Below, in pieces: positions 22,501 through 36,100 of a DNA stretch of 64,000 nucleotides. Each line of letters starts with the position of its first letter. Within the stretch, counting starts at the first letter, position 1. The position numbers were made by a program, and so were the translations under genes. Source of the DNA: Eledone cirrhosa. Its lineage: Eukaryota. The notes under the pieces were generated by a model, which saw only the letters and a program-made list of their open reading frames with translations, searched no databases and was not told the origin of the DNA. The stretch spans positions 16,120,001 to 16,184,000 of the forward strand of contig OZ024740.1 in the NCBI GenBank assembly GCA_964016885.1, written 5' to 3'.

Positions 22501-25500
22501 GGAGAGCTGGACAGCAGAAGGTCTTCAGAGAAGAAACTCTGGGGAGAGCTGGACAGCAGAAGGTCTTCAGAGAAGAAACTCTGAGGAGAGCTGTACAGTA
22601 GGTCTTCAGAGAAGAAACTCTCAGGAGAGCTGGACAGCAGAAGGTCTTCAGAGAAGAAACTTTCAGGAGAGCTAGACAGCGGAAGGTCTTCAGAGGAGAA
22701 ACTCTCAGTCGAGATTGACAGCAGGTCTTCAGAGAAGAAACTCTCAGGAGAGCTGGACAGCAGAAGGTCTTCAGAGGAGAAACTCTCAGTAGAGATAGAC
22801 AGTAGAAGGTCTTCAGAGAAGAAACTCAGGAGAGCTGGACAGCAGAAGGTCTTTAGAGAAGAAACTCTCAGGAGAGCTAGACAGCAGAAGGTCTTCAGAG
22901 AAGAAACTGTCAGGAGAGCTGGACAGCAGAAGGTCTTTAGAGAAGAAACTGTCAGGAGAGCTGGACATCAGAAGGTCTTTAGAGAAGAAACTCTCAGGAG
23001 AGCTGGACAGCAGAAGGTCTTCAGAGAAGAAACTGTCAGGAGAGCTGGACAGCAGAAGGTCTTCAGAGAAGAAACTCTCAGGAGAGCTAGACAGCAGAAG
23101 GTCTTCAGAGAAGATACTCTCAGGAGAGCTGGACAGCAGAAGGTCTTCAGAGAAGAAACTCTCAGGAGAGCTGGACAGCAGAAGGTCTTCAGAGAAGAAA
23201 CTCTCAAGAGAGCTGGACAGCAGAAGGTCTTTAGAGGAGAAACTCTCAGGAGAGCTAGACAGCAGAAGGTCTTCAGAGAAGAAACTCTCCGGAGAGCTGG
23301 ACAGCAGAAGGTCTTCAGACAAGAAACTCTGAGGTGAGCTAGACAGCAGAAGGTCTTCAGAGGAGAAACTCTGAGAAGAGTTGTACAGTAGGTTTTCAGA
23401 GAAGAAACTCTCAGGAGAGCTGGACAGCAGAAGGTCTTCAGAGAAGAAACTGTCGGGAGAGCTGCACAGCAGAAGGTCTTTAAAGGAGAAACTCTCAGGA
23501 GAGCTGGACAGCAGACGGTCTTCAGAAAAGAAACTCTCAGGAGAGCTGGACAGCAGAAGGTCTTCAGAGAAGAAACTCTCACGAGAGCTGGACAGCAGAA
23601 GGTCTTCAGAAAAGAAACTCTCAGGCGAGCTGGACAGCAGAAGGTCTTTAGAGAAGAAACGCTCAGGAGAGCTGGACAGCAGAAGGTCTTCAGAGAAGAA
23701 ACTGTCAGAAGAGCTGGACAGCAGAAGGTCTTCAGAGAAGAAACTCTCACGAGAGCTGGACAGCAGAAGGTCTTCAGAGAAGAAACTGTCAGGAGAGCTG
23801 GACAGCAGAATATCTTCAGAGAAGAAACTCTCAGGAGAGCTAGACAGCAGAATGTCTTCAGAGAAGTAACTTTCGGGAGTGCTGGACAGCAGAAGGTCTT
23901 TAGAGAAGAAACTCTCAGGAGAGCTAGACAGCAGAAGGTCTTCAGAGAAGACACTGTCAGGAGAGCTGGACAGCAGATGGTCTTTAGAGAAGAAACTCTC
24001 AGGCGAGCTGGACAGCAGAAGGTCTTCAGAGAAGAAACTCAGGAGAGCTGGACAGCAGAAGGTCTTCAGAGAAGAAACTCTGAGGAGAGCTGTACAGTAG
24101 GTCTTCAGAGAAGAAACTCTCAGGAGAGCTGGACAGCAGAAGGTCTTCAGAGAAGAAACTTTCAGGAGAGCTAGACAGCGGAAGGTCTTCGGAGGAGAAA
24201 CTCTCAGTCGAGATAGACAGCAGGTCTTCAGAGAAGAAACTCTCAGGAGAGCTGGACAGCAGAAGGTCTTCAGAGGAGAAACTCTCAGTAGAGATAGACA
24301 GTAGAAGGTCTTCAGAGAAGAAACTCAGGAGAGCTGGACAGCAGAAGGTCTTTAGAGAAGAAACTCTCAGGAGAGCTAGACAGCAGAAGGTCTTCAGAGA
24401 AGAAACTGTCAGGAGAGCTGGACAGCAGAAGGTATTTAGAGAAGAAACTGTCAGGAGAGCTGGACATCAGAAGGTCTTTAGAGAAGAAACTCTCAGGAGA
24501 GCTGGACAGCAGAAGGTCTTCAGAGAAGAAGTTGTCAGGAGAGCTGGACAGCAGAAGGTCTTCAGAGAAGAAACTCTGAGAAGAGTTGTACAGTAAGTTT
24601 TCAGAGAAGAAACTCTCAGGAGAGCTGGACAGCAGAAGGTCTTCAGAGAAGAAACTGTCAGGAGAGCTGCACAGCAGAAGGTCTTTAAAGGAGAAACTCT
24701 CAGGAGAGCTGGACAGCAGACGGTCTTCAGAAAAGAAACTTTCAGGAGAGCTGGACAGCAGAAGGTCTTCAGAGAAGAAACTCTCACGAGAGCTGGACAG
24801 CAGAAGGTCTTCAGAAAAGAAACTCTCAGGAGAGCTAGACAGCAGAAGGTCTTCAGAGAAGAAACTCTCACGAGAGCTGGACAGCAGAAGGTCTTCAGAG
24901 AAGAAGCTCTCGGGAGAGCTGTACAGCAGAAGGTCTTCAGAGAAGAAACTCTCAGGAGAGCTGGACAGCAGAAGGTCTTCAGAGAAGAAACTGTCAGGAC
25001 AGCTGGACAGCGGAAGGTCTTTAGAGAAGAAATTCTCAGGAGAGCTAGACAGCAGATGGTCTTCAGAGAAGAAACTCTCAGGCGAGCTGGACAGCAGAAG
25101 GTCTTCAGAGAAGAAACTCAGGAGAGCTGGACAGCAGAAGGTCTTCAGAGAAGAAACTCTGAGGAGAGCTGGACAGCAGAAGGTCTTCAGAGAAGAAACT
25201 CTGAGGAGAGCTGTACAGTAGGTCTTCAGAGAAGAAACTCTCAGGAGAGATGGACAGCAGAAGGTCTTCAGAGAAGAAACTCTCAGTAGAGATAGACAGC
25301 AGAAGGTCTTCAGAGAAGAAACTCTCAGGAGAGCTGGACAGCAGAAGGTCTTCAGAGGAGAAACTCTCAGTAGAGATAGACAGCAGAAGGTCTTCAGAGA
25401 AGAAACACAGGAGAGCTGGACAGCAGAAGGTCTTCAGAGGAGAAACTCTCAGTAGAGATAGACAGCAGAAGGTCTTCAGAGAAGAAACACAGGAGAGCTG

Positions 25501-28500
25501 GACAGCAGAAGGTCTTCAGAGAAGAAACTCTTATGAGAGCTGGATAGCAGAAGGTCTTCAGAGAAGAAACTCTCGGGAGAGCTGGACAGCAGAAGGTCTT
25601 TAGAGAAGAATCTCTCAGGAGAGCTAGACAGCAGAAGGTCTTCAGAGAGGAAACTGTCAGGGGAGTTGGACAGCAGAAGGTCTTTAGAGCAGAAACTGTC
25701 AGGAGAGCTGGACATCAGAAGGTCTTCAGAGAAGAAACTCTCAGGAGAGCTGGACAGTAGAAGGTCTTTAGAGAAGAAACTCTCAGGAGAGCTGGACAGC
25801 AGAAGGTCTTCAGAAAAGAATCTCTCATGAGAGCTGGACAGCAGAAGGTCTTCAGAGAAGAAACTCAGGAGAGCTAGACAGCAGAATGTCTTCAGAGAAG
25901 AAACTCTCGGGAGTGCTGGACAGCAGAAGGTCTTATGAGAAGAAACTCTCAGGAGAGCTAGACTGCAGAAGGTCTTCAGAGAAGAAACTCTCAGGAGAGC
26001 TAGACTGCAGAAGGTCTTCAGAGAAGAAGCTCTCGGGAGAGTTGGACAGCAGAAGGTCTTCAGAGAAGAAACTCTCAGGAGAGCTAGTCAGCAGAAGGTC
26101 TTTAGAGAAGAAACTCTCAGGAGAGCTAGACAGCAGATGGTCTTCAGAGAAGAAACTCTCAGGAGAGCTGGATAGCAGATGGTCTTCAGAGAAGAAACTC
26201 TTGGGAGAGCTGGACAGCAGAAGGTCTTCAGAGAAGAAACTGTCAGGAGACCTGGACAGCTGAAGGTCTTTAGAGAAGAAACTCTCAGGAGAGCTAGACA
26301 GCAGAAGGTCTTCAGAGAAGAAACTCTCAGGAGAGCTGGATAGCAGAAGGTCTTCAGAGATGAAACTCTCAGGAGGGCTGGACAGCAGAAGGACTTCACA
26401 GAAGAAACTCTCAGTAGAGCTAGACAGCAAAAGGTCTTCAGAGATGAAACTGTCAGGAGAGCTGGACAGTAGGTCTTCAGCGAAGAAACTCTCGGGAGTG
26501 CTGGACAGCAGAAGGTCTTTAGAGAAGAAACTCTCAGGAGAGCTAGACAGCAGAAGGTCTTCAGAGAAGACACTGTCAGGAGAGCTGGACAGCAGATGGT
26601 CTTTAGAGAAGAAACTCTCAGGCGAGCTGGACAGCAGAAGGTCTTCAGGGAAGAAACTCAGGAGAGCTGGACAGCAGAAGGTCTTCAGAGAAGAAACTCT
26701 GAGGAGAGCTGGACAGCAGAAGGTCTTCAGAGAAGAAACTCTGAGGAGAGCTGTACAGTAGGTCTTCAGAGAAGAAACTCTCAGGAGAGCTGGACAGCAG
26801 AAGGTCTTCAGAGAAGAAACTTTCAGGAGAGCTAGACAGCGGAAGGTCTTCAGAGGAGAAACTCTCAGTCGAGATAGACAGCAGGTCTTCAGAGAAGAAA
26901 CTCTCAGGAGAGCTGGACAGCAGAAGGTCTTCAGAGGAGAAACTCTCAGTAGAGATAGACAGTAGAAGGTCTTCAGAGAAGAAACTCAGGAGAGCTGGAC
27001 AGCAGAAGGTCTTTAGAGAAGAAACTCTCAGGAGAGCTAAACAGCAGAAGGTCTTCAGAGAAGAAACTGTCAGGAGAGCTGGACAGCAGAAGGTCTTTAG
27101 AGAAGAAACTGTCAGGAGAGCTGGACATCAGAAGGTCTTTAGAGAAGAAACTCTCAGGAGAGCTGGACAGCAGAAGGTCTTCAGAGAAGAAACTGTCAGG
27201 AGAGCTGGACAGCAGAAGGTCTTCAGACAAGAAACTCTGAGGAGAGCTAGACAGCAGAAGGTCTTCAGAGAAGAAACTCTGAGGAGAGCTGGACAGCAGA
27301 AGGTCTTCAGAGAAGAAACTCTCAGGAGAGCTGTACAGTAGGTCTTCAGAGAAGAAACTCTCAGGAGAGCTGGACAGCAGAAGGTCTTCAGAGAAGAAAC
27401 TGTCAGGAGAGCTGCACAGCAGAAGGTCTTTAAAGGAGAAACTCTCAGGAGAGCTGGACAGCAGACGGTCTTCAGAAAAGAAACTTTCAGGAGAGCTGGA
27501 CAGCAGAAGGTCTTCAGAGAAGAAACTCTCACGAGAGCTGGACAGCAGAAGGTCTTCAGAAAAGAAACTCTCAGGAGAGCTAGACAGCAGAAGGTCTTCA
27601 GAGAAGAAACTCTCACGAGAGCTGGACAGCAGAAGGTCTTCAGAGAAGAAGCTCTCGGGAGAGCTGTACAGCAGAAGGTCTTCAGAGAAGAAACTCTCAG
27701 GAGAGCTGGACAGCAGAAGGTCTTCAGAAAAGAATCTCTCATGAGAGCTGGACAGCAGAAGGTCTTCAGAGAAGAAACTCAGGAGAGCTAGACAGCAGAA
27801 TGTCTTCAGAGAAGAAACTCTCGGGAGTGCTGGACAGCAGAAGGTCTTATGAGAAGAAACTCTCAGGAGAGCTAGACTGCAGAAGGTCTTCAGAGAAGAA
27901 ACTCTCAGGAGAGCTAGACTGCAGAAGGTCTTCAGAGAAGAAGCTCTCGGGAGAGTTGGACAGCAGAAGGTCTTCAGAGAAGAAACTCTCAGGAGAGCTA
28001 GTCAGCAGAAGGTCTTTAGAGAAGAAACTCTCAGGAGAGCTAGACAGCAGATGGTCTTCAGAGAAGAAACTCTCAGGAGAGCTGGATAGCAGATGGTCTT
28101 CAGAGAAGAAACTCTTGGGAGAGCTGGACAGCAGAAGGTCTTCAGAGAAGAAACTGTCAGGAGACCTGGACAGCTGAAGGTCTTTAGAGAAGAAACTCTC
28201 AGGAGAGCTAGACAGCAGAAGGTCTTCAGAGAAGAAACTCTCAGGAGAGCTGGATAGCAGAAGGTCTTCAGAGATGAAACTCTCAGGAGGGCTGGACAGC
28301 AGAAGGACTTCACAGAAGAAACTCTCAGTAGAGCTAGACAGCAAAAGGTCTTCAGAGATGAAACTGTCAGGAGAGCTGGACAGTAGGTCTTCAGCGAAGA
28401 AACTCTCGGGAGTGCTGGACAGCAGAAGGTCTTTAGAGAAGAAACTCTCAGGAGAGCTAGACAGCAGAAGGTCTTCAGAGAAGACACTGTCAGGAGAGCT

Positions 28501-30115
28501 GGACAGCAGATGGTCTTTAGAGAAGAAACTCTCAGGCGAGCTGGACAGCAGAAGGTCTTCAGGGAAGAAACTCAGGAGAGCTGGACAGCAGAAGGTCTTC
28601 AGAGAAGAAACTCTGAGGAGAGCTGGACAGCAGAAGGTCTTCAGAGAAGAAACTCTGAGGAGAGCTGTACAGTAGGTCTTCAGAGAAGAAACTCTCAGGA
28701 GAGCTGGACAGCAGAAGGTCTTCAGAGAAGAAACTTTCAGGAGAGCTAGACAGCGGAAGGTCTTCAGAGGAGAAACTCTCAGTCGAGATAGACAGCAGGT
28801 CTTCAGAGAAGAAACTCTCAGGAGAGCTGGACAGCAGAAGGTCTTCAGAGGAGAAACTCTCAGTAGAGATAGACAGTAGAAGGTCTTCAGAGAAGAAACT
28901 CAGGAGAGCTGGACAGCAGAAGGTCTTTAGAGAAGAAACTCTCAGGAGAGCTAAACAGCAGAAGGTCTTCAGAGAAGAAACTGTCAGGAGAGCTGGACAG
29001 CAGAAGGTCTTTAGAGAAGAAACTGTCAGGAGAGCTGGACATCAGAAGGTCTTTAGAGAAGAAACTCTCAGGAGAGCTGGACAGCAGAAGGTCTTCAGAG
29101 AAGAAACTGTCAGGAGAGCTGGACAGCAGAAGGTCTTCAGACAAGAAACTCTGAGGAGAGCTAGACAGCAGAAGGTCTTCAGAGAAGAAACTCTGAGGAG
29201 AGCTGGACAGCAGAAGGTCTTCAGAGAAGAAACTCTCAGGAGAGCTGTACAGTAGGTCTTCAGAGAAGAAACTCTCAGGAGAGCTGGACAGCAGAAGGTC
29301 TTCAGAGAAGAAACTGTCAGGAGAGCTGCACAGCAGAAGGTCTTTAAAGGAGAAACTCTCAGGAGAGCTGGACAGCAGACGGTCTTCAGAAAAGAAACTT
29401 TCAGGAGAGCTGGACAGCAGAAGGTCTTCAGAGAAGAAACTCTCACGAGAGCTGGACAGCAGAAGGTCTTCAGAAAAGAAACTCTCAGGAGAGCTAGACA
29501 GCAGAAGGTCTTCAGAGAAGAAACTCTCACGAGAGCTGGACAGCAGAAGGTCTTCAGAGAAGAAGCTCTCGGGAGAGCTGTACAGCAGAAGGTCTTCAGA
29601 GAAGAAACTCTCAGGAGAGCTGGACAGCAGAAGGTCTTCAGAGAAGAAACTGTCAGGACAGCTGGACAGCGGAAGGTCTTTAGAGAAGAAATTCTCAGGA
29701 GAGCTAGACAGCAGATGGTCTTCAGAGAAGAAACTCTCAGGCGAGCTGGACAGCAGAAGGTCTTCAGAGAAGAAACTCAGGAGAGCTGGACAGCAGAAGG
29801 TCTTCAGAGAAGAAACTCTGAGGAGAGCTGGACAGCAGAAGGTCTTCAGAGAAGAAACTCTCAGGAGAGCTGTACAGTAGGTCTTCAGAGAAGAAACTCT
29901 CAGGAGATCTGGACAGCAGAAGGTCTTCAGAGAAGAAACTCTCAGTAGAGATAGTAAGCAGAAGGTCTTCAGAGAAGAAACTCTCAGGAGAGCTGGACAG
30001 CAGAAGGTCTTCAGAGGAGAAACTCTCAGTAGAGATAGACAGCAGAAGGTCTTCAGAGAAGAAACACAGGAGAGCTGGACAGCAGAAGGTCTTCAGAGGA
30101 GAAACTCTCAGTAGA
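18990..30115 (+). repeat. Large HOR copy A (~11,126 bp)
   Basis: Marker GGTTTTCAGATAAG at 19004 recurs at 30130. ORF pairs 19278/30404 and 20665/31791 are offset 11126; 21036/32288 is offset 11252. Confidence 0.88.
25772..29642 (+). repeat. Tandem duplication, period 1914 bp (46 monomers), nested in HOR copy A
   Basis: Identical ORFs 25886/27800, 26360/28274, 26596/28510, 26973/28887; markers GGTCTTATGAG, GCTAGTCAGC, GGACTTCACAG. Confidence 0.93.
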
Positions 30116-33100
30116 GATAGACAGCAGAAGGTTTTCAGATAAGAAACTCTCAGGAGAGATGGACAGCAGAAGGTCTTCAGAGAAGAAACTCTCAGGAGAG
30201 CTGGATAGCAGAAGGTCTTCAGGGAAGAAACTTTCGGGAGAGCTGGACAGCAGAAGGTCTTTAGAGAAGAAACTCTCAGGAGAGCTAGACAGCAGAAGGT
30301 CTTCAGAGAACAAACTGTCAGGAGAGGTGGACAGCAGAAGGTCTTTAGAGAAGAAACACTCAGGAGAGCTGGACAGCAGAAGGTCTTCAGAATACAAACT
30401 GTCATGAGAGCTGGACAGCAGAAGGTCCTCAGAGAAGAAACTCTCACGAGAGCTGGACAGCAGAAGGTCTTCAGAGAAGAAGCACGCGGGAGAGCTGGAC
30501 AGCAGAAGGTCTTCAGAGAAGAAACTCGCAGGAGAGCTAGACAGCAGAAGGTCTTCAGAGAAGAAACTCTCAGGAGAGATAGACAGCAGAAGGTCTTTAG
30601 AGAAGAAACTCTTGGGAGAGCTGGACAGCAGAAGGTCTTCAGAGAAGAAACTGTCAGGAGACCTGGCCAGCAGAAGGTCTTTAGAGAAGAAACTCTCAGG
30701 AGAGCTGGCCAGCAGGAGGTCTTCAGAGAAGAAACTGTCAGGAGGGCTGGACAGCAGAAGGTCTTCACAGAAGAAACTCTCAGTAGAGCTAGACATCAGA
30801 AGGTCTTCAGAGATGAAACTGTCAGGAGAGCTGGACAGTAGGTCTTCAGAGAAGAAACTCTCGGGAGAGCTGGACAGCAGAAGGTCTTTAGAGAAGAAAC
30901 TCTCAGGAGAGCTGGACAGTAGAAGGTCTTTAGAGAAGAAACTCTCAGGAGAGCTGGACAGCAGAAGGTCTTCAGAGAAGAAACCGTCAGGAGAGCTGGA
31001 CAGCAGAAGGTCTTTAGAGAAGAAACACTCAGGAGAGCTGGACAGCAGAAGGTCTTCAGAGAAGAAACTCTTAGGAGAGATAGACAGCAGAAGGTCTTCA
31101 GATAAGAAACTCTCAGGAGAGATGGACAGCAGAAGGTCTTCAGAGAAGAAACTCTCACAAGAGCTGGACAGCAGAAGGTCTTCAGAGAAGAAGCACGCGG
31201 GAGAGCTGGACAGCAGAAGGTCTTCAGAGAAGAAACTCGCAGGAGAACTAGACAGCAGAAGGTCTTCAGAGAAGAAACTCTCAGGAGATCTGCATAGCAG
31301 AAGGTCTTCAGAGAAGAAACTTTCGGGAGAGCTGGACAGCAGAAGGTCTTTAGAGAAGAAACTCTTAGGAGAGCTAGACAGCAGAAGGTCTTCAGAGAAG
31401 AAACTCTTAGGAGAGCTGGACAGCAGAAGGTCTTTAGAGAAGAAATTCTCAGGAGAGCTAGACAGCAGAAGGTCTTCAGAGAAGAAACTCTCAGGAGAGC
31501 TGGACAGCAGAAGGTCTTCAGAGAAGAAACTGTCAGGAGAGCTGGACGGCAGAAGGTCTTCAGAAATGAAACTCTCAGGAGAGCTAGACTGCAGAATGTC
31601 TTCAGAGAAGTAACATTCGGGAGTGCTGGACAGCAGAAGGTCTTTAGAGAAGAAACTCTCAGGAGAGGTAGACAGCAGAATGTCTTCAGAGAAGAAACTC
31701 TCAGGAGAGCTGGACAGCAGAAGGTCTTCAGAGAAGAAACTCTGAGGAGAGCTGTACAGTAGGTCTTCAGAGAAGAAACTCTCAGGAGAGATGGACAGCA
31801 GAAGGTCTTCAGAGAAGAAACTCTCAGGAGAGCTAGACAGCAGAAGGTCTTCAGAGGAGAAACTCTCAGGAGAGATAGACATCAGAAGGTCTTCAGAGAA
31901 GAAACTCTCAGGAGAGCTGGACAGCAGTAGGTCTTCAGAGAAGAAACTCTCAGGAGAGCTGGACAGCAGAAGGTCTTCAGAGAAGAAACTCTTAGGAGAG
32001 ATAGACAGCAGAAGGTCTTCAGATAAGAAACTCTCAGGAGAGATGGACAGCAGAAGGTCTTCAGAGAAGAAACTCTCAGGAGAGCTGGATAACAGAAGGT
32101 CTTCAGGGAAGAAACTTTCGGGAGAGCTGGACAGCAGAAGGTCTTTAGAGAAGAAACTCTCAGGAGAGCTAGACAGCAGAAGGTCTTCAGAGAAGAAACT
32201 GTCAGGAGAGCTGGACAGCAGAAGGTCTTTAGAGAAGAAACACTCAGGAGAGCTGGACAGCAGAAGGTCTTCAGAATACAAACTGTCATGAGAGCTGGAC
32301 AGCAGAAGGTCCTCAGTGAAGAAACTCTCACGAGAGCTGGACAGCAGAAGGTCTTCAGAGAAGAACCACGCGGGAGAGCTGGACAGCAGAAGGTCTTCAG
32401 AGAAGAAACTCGAAGGAGAGCTAGACAGCAGAAGGTCTTCAGAGAAGAAACTCTCAGGAGATCTGCATAGCAGAAGGTCTTCAGAGAAGAAACTTTCGGG
32501 GGAGCTGGACAGCAGAAGGTGTTTAGAGAAGAAACTCTCAGGAGAGCTAGACAGCAGAAGGTCTTCAGAGAAGAAACTCTCAGGAGAGCTGGACAGCAGA
32601 AGGTCTTCAGAGAAGAAACTCTCAGGAGAGCTAGACAGCAGAAGGTCTTCAGAGAAGAAACTCTCAGGAGAGCTGGACAGCAGAAGGTCTTCAGAGAAGA
32701 AACTCTCAGGAGAGCTGGACAGCAGAAGGTCTTCAGAGAAGAAACTCTCAGGAGAGCTGGACAGCGGAAGGTCTTCAGAAAAGAAACTCTCAGGAGAGCT
32801 AGACAGCAGAATGTCTTCAGAGAAGTAACTTTCGGAGTGCTGGTCAGCAGAAGGTCTTTAGAGAAGAAACTCTCAGGAGAGGTAGACAGCAGAAGGTCTT
32901 CAGAGAAGAAACTCAGAGGAGAGCTGTACAGTAGGTCTTCAGAGAAGAAACTCTCAGGAGAGATATACAGCAGAATGTCTTCAGAGAAGAAACTCTCAGG
33001 AGAGCTAGACAGCAGAAGGTCTTCAGAGGAGAAACTCTCAGGAGACATAGACATCAGAAGGTCTTCAGAGAAGAAACTCTCAGGAGAGATGGACAGCAGA

Positions 33101-36100
33101 AGGTCTTCAGAGAAGAAACTCTCAGGAGAGCTGGACAGCAGAGAGTCTTCAGAGAAGAAACTCTTAGGAGAGATAGACAGCAGAAGGTCTTCAGATAAGA
33201 AACTCTCAGGAGAGATGGACAGCAGAAGGTCTTCAGAGAAGAAACTCTCAGGAGAGCTGGGTAGCAGAAGGTCTTCAGGGAAGAAACTTTCGGGAGAGCT
33301 GGACAGCAGAAGGTCTTTAGAGAAGAAAGTCTCAGGAGAGCTAGACAGCAGAAGGTCTTCAGAGAAGATACTCTCAGGAGAGCTGGACAGCAGAAGGTCT
33401 TCAGAGAAGAAACTCTCAGGAGAGCTGGACAGCAGAAGGTCTTCAGAGAAGAAACTCTCAAGAGAGCTGGACAGCAGAAGGTCTTTAGAGGAGAAACTCT
33501 CAGGAGAGCTAGACAGCAGAAGGTCTTCAGAGAAGAAACTCTCCGGAGAGCTGGACAGCAGAAGGTCTTCAGACAAGAAACTCTGAGGTGAGCTAGACAG
33601 CAGAAGGTCTTCAGAGGAGAAACTCTGAGAAGAGTTGTACAGTAGGTTTTCAGAGAAGAAACTCTCAGGAGAGCTGGACAGCAGAAGGTCTTCAGAGAAG
33701 AAACTGTCGGGAGAGCTGCACAGCAGAAGGTCTTTAAAGGAGAAACTCTCAGGAGAGCTGGACAGCAGACGGTCTTCAGAAAAGAAACTCTCAGGAGAGC
33801 TGGACAGCAGAAGGTCTTCAGAGAAGAAACTCTCACGAGAGCTGGACAGCAGAAGGTCTTCAGAAAAGAAACTCTCAGGCGAGCTGGACAGCAGAATGTC
33901 TTTAGAGAAGAAACGCTCAGGAGAGCTGGACAGCAGAAGGTCTTCAGAGAAGAAACTGTCAGAAGAGCTGGACAGCAGAAGGTCTTCAGAGAAGAAACTC
34001 TCACGAGAGCTGGACAGCAGAAGGTCTTCAGAGAAGAAACTGTCAGGAGAGCTGGACAGCAGAATATCTTCAGAGAAGAAACTCTCAGGAGAGCTAGACA
34101 GCAGAATGTCTTCAGAGAAGTAACTTTCGGGAGTGCTGGACAGCAGAAGGTCTTTAGAGAAGAAACTCTCAGGAGAGCTAGACAGCAGAAGGTCTTCAGA
34201 GAAGACACTGTCAGGAGAGCTGGACAGCAGATGGTCTTTAGAGAAGAAACTCTCAGGCGAGCTGGACAGCAGAAGGTCTTCAGAGAAGAAACTCAGGAGA
34301 GCTGGACAGCAGAAGGTCTTCAGAGAAGAAACTCTGAGGAGAGCTGTACAGTAGGTCTTCAGAGAAGAAACTCTCAGGAGAGCTGGACAGCAGAAGGTCT
34401 TCAGAGAAGAAACTTTCAGGAGAGCTAGACAGCGGAAGGTCTTCGGAGGAGAAACTCTCAGTCGAGATAGACAGCAGGTCTTCAGAGAAGAAACTCTCAG
34501 GAGAGCTGGACAGCAGAAGGTCTTCAGAGGAGAAACTCTCAGTAGAGATAGACAGTAGAAGGTCTTCAGAGAAGAAACTCAGGAGAGCTGGACAGCAGAA
34601 GGTCTTTAGAGAAGAAACTCTCAGGAGAGCTAGACAGCAGAAGGTCTTCAGAGAAGAAACTGTCAGGAGAGCTGGACAGCAGAAGGTATTTAGAGAAGAA
34701 ACTGTCAGGAGAGCTGGACATCAGAAGGTCTTTAGAGAAGAAACTCTCAGGAGAGCTGGACAGCAGAAGGTCTTCAGAGAAGAAGTTGTCAGGAGAGCTG
34801 GACAGCAGAAGGTCTTCAGAGAAGAAACTCTGAGAAGAGTTGTACAGTAAGTTTTCAGAGAAGAAACTCTCAGGAGAGCTGGACAGCAGACGGTCTTCAG
34901 AAAAGAAACTTTCAGGAGAGCTGGACAGCAGAAGGTCTTCAGAGAAGAAACTCTCACGAGAGCTGGACAGCAGAAGGTCTTCAGAAAAGAAACTCTCAGG
35001 AGAGCTAGACAGCAGAAGGTCTTCAGAGAAGAAACTCTCACGAGAGCTGGACAGCAGAAGGTCTTCAGAGAAGAAGCTCTCGGGAGAGCTGTACAGCAGA
35101 AGGTCTTCAGAGAAGAAACTCTCAGGAGAGCTGGACAGCAGAAGGTCTTCAGAGAAGAAACTGTCAGGACAGCTGGACAGCGGAAGGTCTTTAGAGAAGA
35201 AATTCTCAGGAGAGCTAGACAGCAGATGGTCTTCAGAGAAGAAACTCTCAGGCGAGCTGGACAGCAGAAGGTCTTCAGAGAAGAAACTCAGGAGAGCTGG
35301 ACAGCAGAAGGTCTTCAGAGAAGAAACTCTGAGGAGAGCTGGACAGCAGAAGGTCTTCAGAGAAGAAACTCTGAGGAGAGCTGTACAGTAGGTCTTCAGA
35401 GAAGAAACTCTCAGGAGAGATGGACAGCAGAAGGTCTTCAGAGAAGAAACTCTCAGTAGAGATAGACAGCAGAAGGTCTTCAGAGAAGAAACTCTCAGGA
35501 GAGCTGGACAGCAGAAGGTCTTCAGAGGAGAAACTCTCAGTAGAGATAGACAGCAGAAGGTCTTCAGAGAAGAAACACAGGAGAGCTGGACAGCAGAAGG
35601 TCTTCAGAGGAGAAACTCTCAGTAGAGATAGACAGCAGAAGGTCTTCAGAGAAGAAACACAGGAGAGCTGGACAGCAGAAGGTCTTCAGAGAAGAAACTC
35701 TTATGAGAGCTGGATAGCAGAAGGTCTTCAGAGAAGAAACTCTCGGGAGAGCTGGACAGCAGAAGGTCTTTAGAGAAGAATCTCTCAGGAGAGCTAGACA
35801 GCAGAAGGTCTTCAGAGAGGAAACTGTCAGGGGAGTTGGACAGCAGAAGGTCTTTAGAGCAGAAACTGTCAGGAGAGCTGGACATCAGAAGGTCTTCAGA
35901 GAAGAAACTCTCAGGAGAGCTGGACAGTAGAAGGTCTTTAGAGAAGAAACTCTCAGGAGAGCTGGACAGCAGAAGGTCTTCAGAAAAGAATCTCTCATGA
36001 GAGCTGGACAGCAGAAGGTCTTCAGAGAAGAAACTCAGGAGAGCTAGACAGCAGAATGTCTTCAGAGAAGAAACTCTCGGGAGTGCTGGACAGCAGAAGG

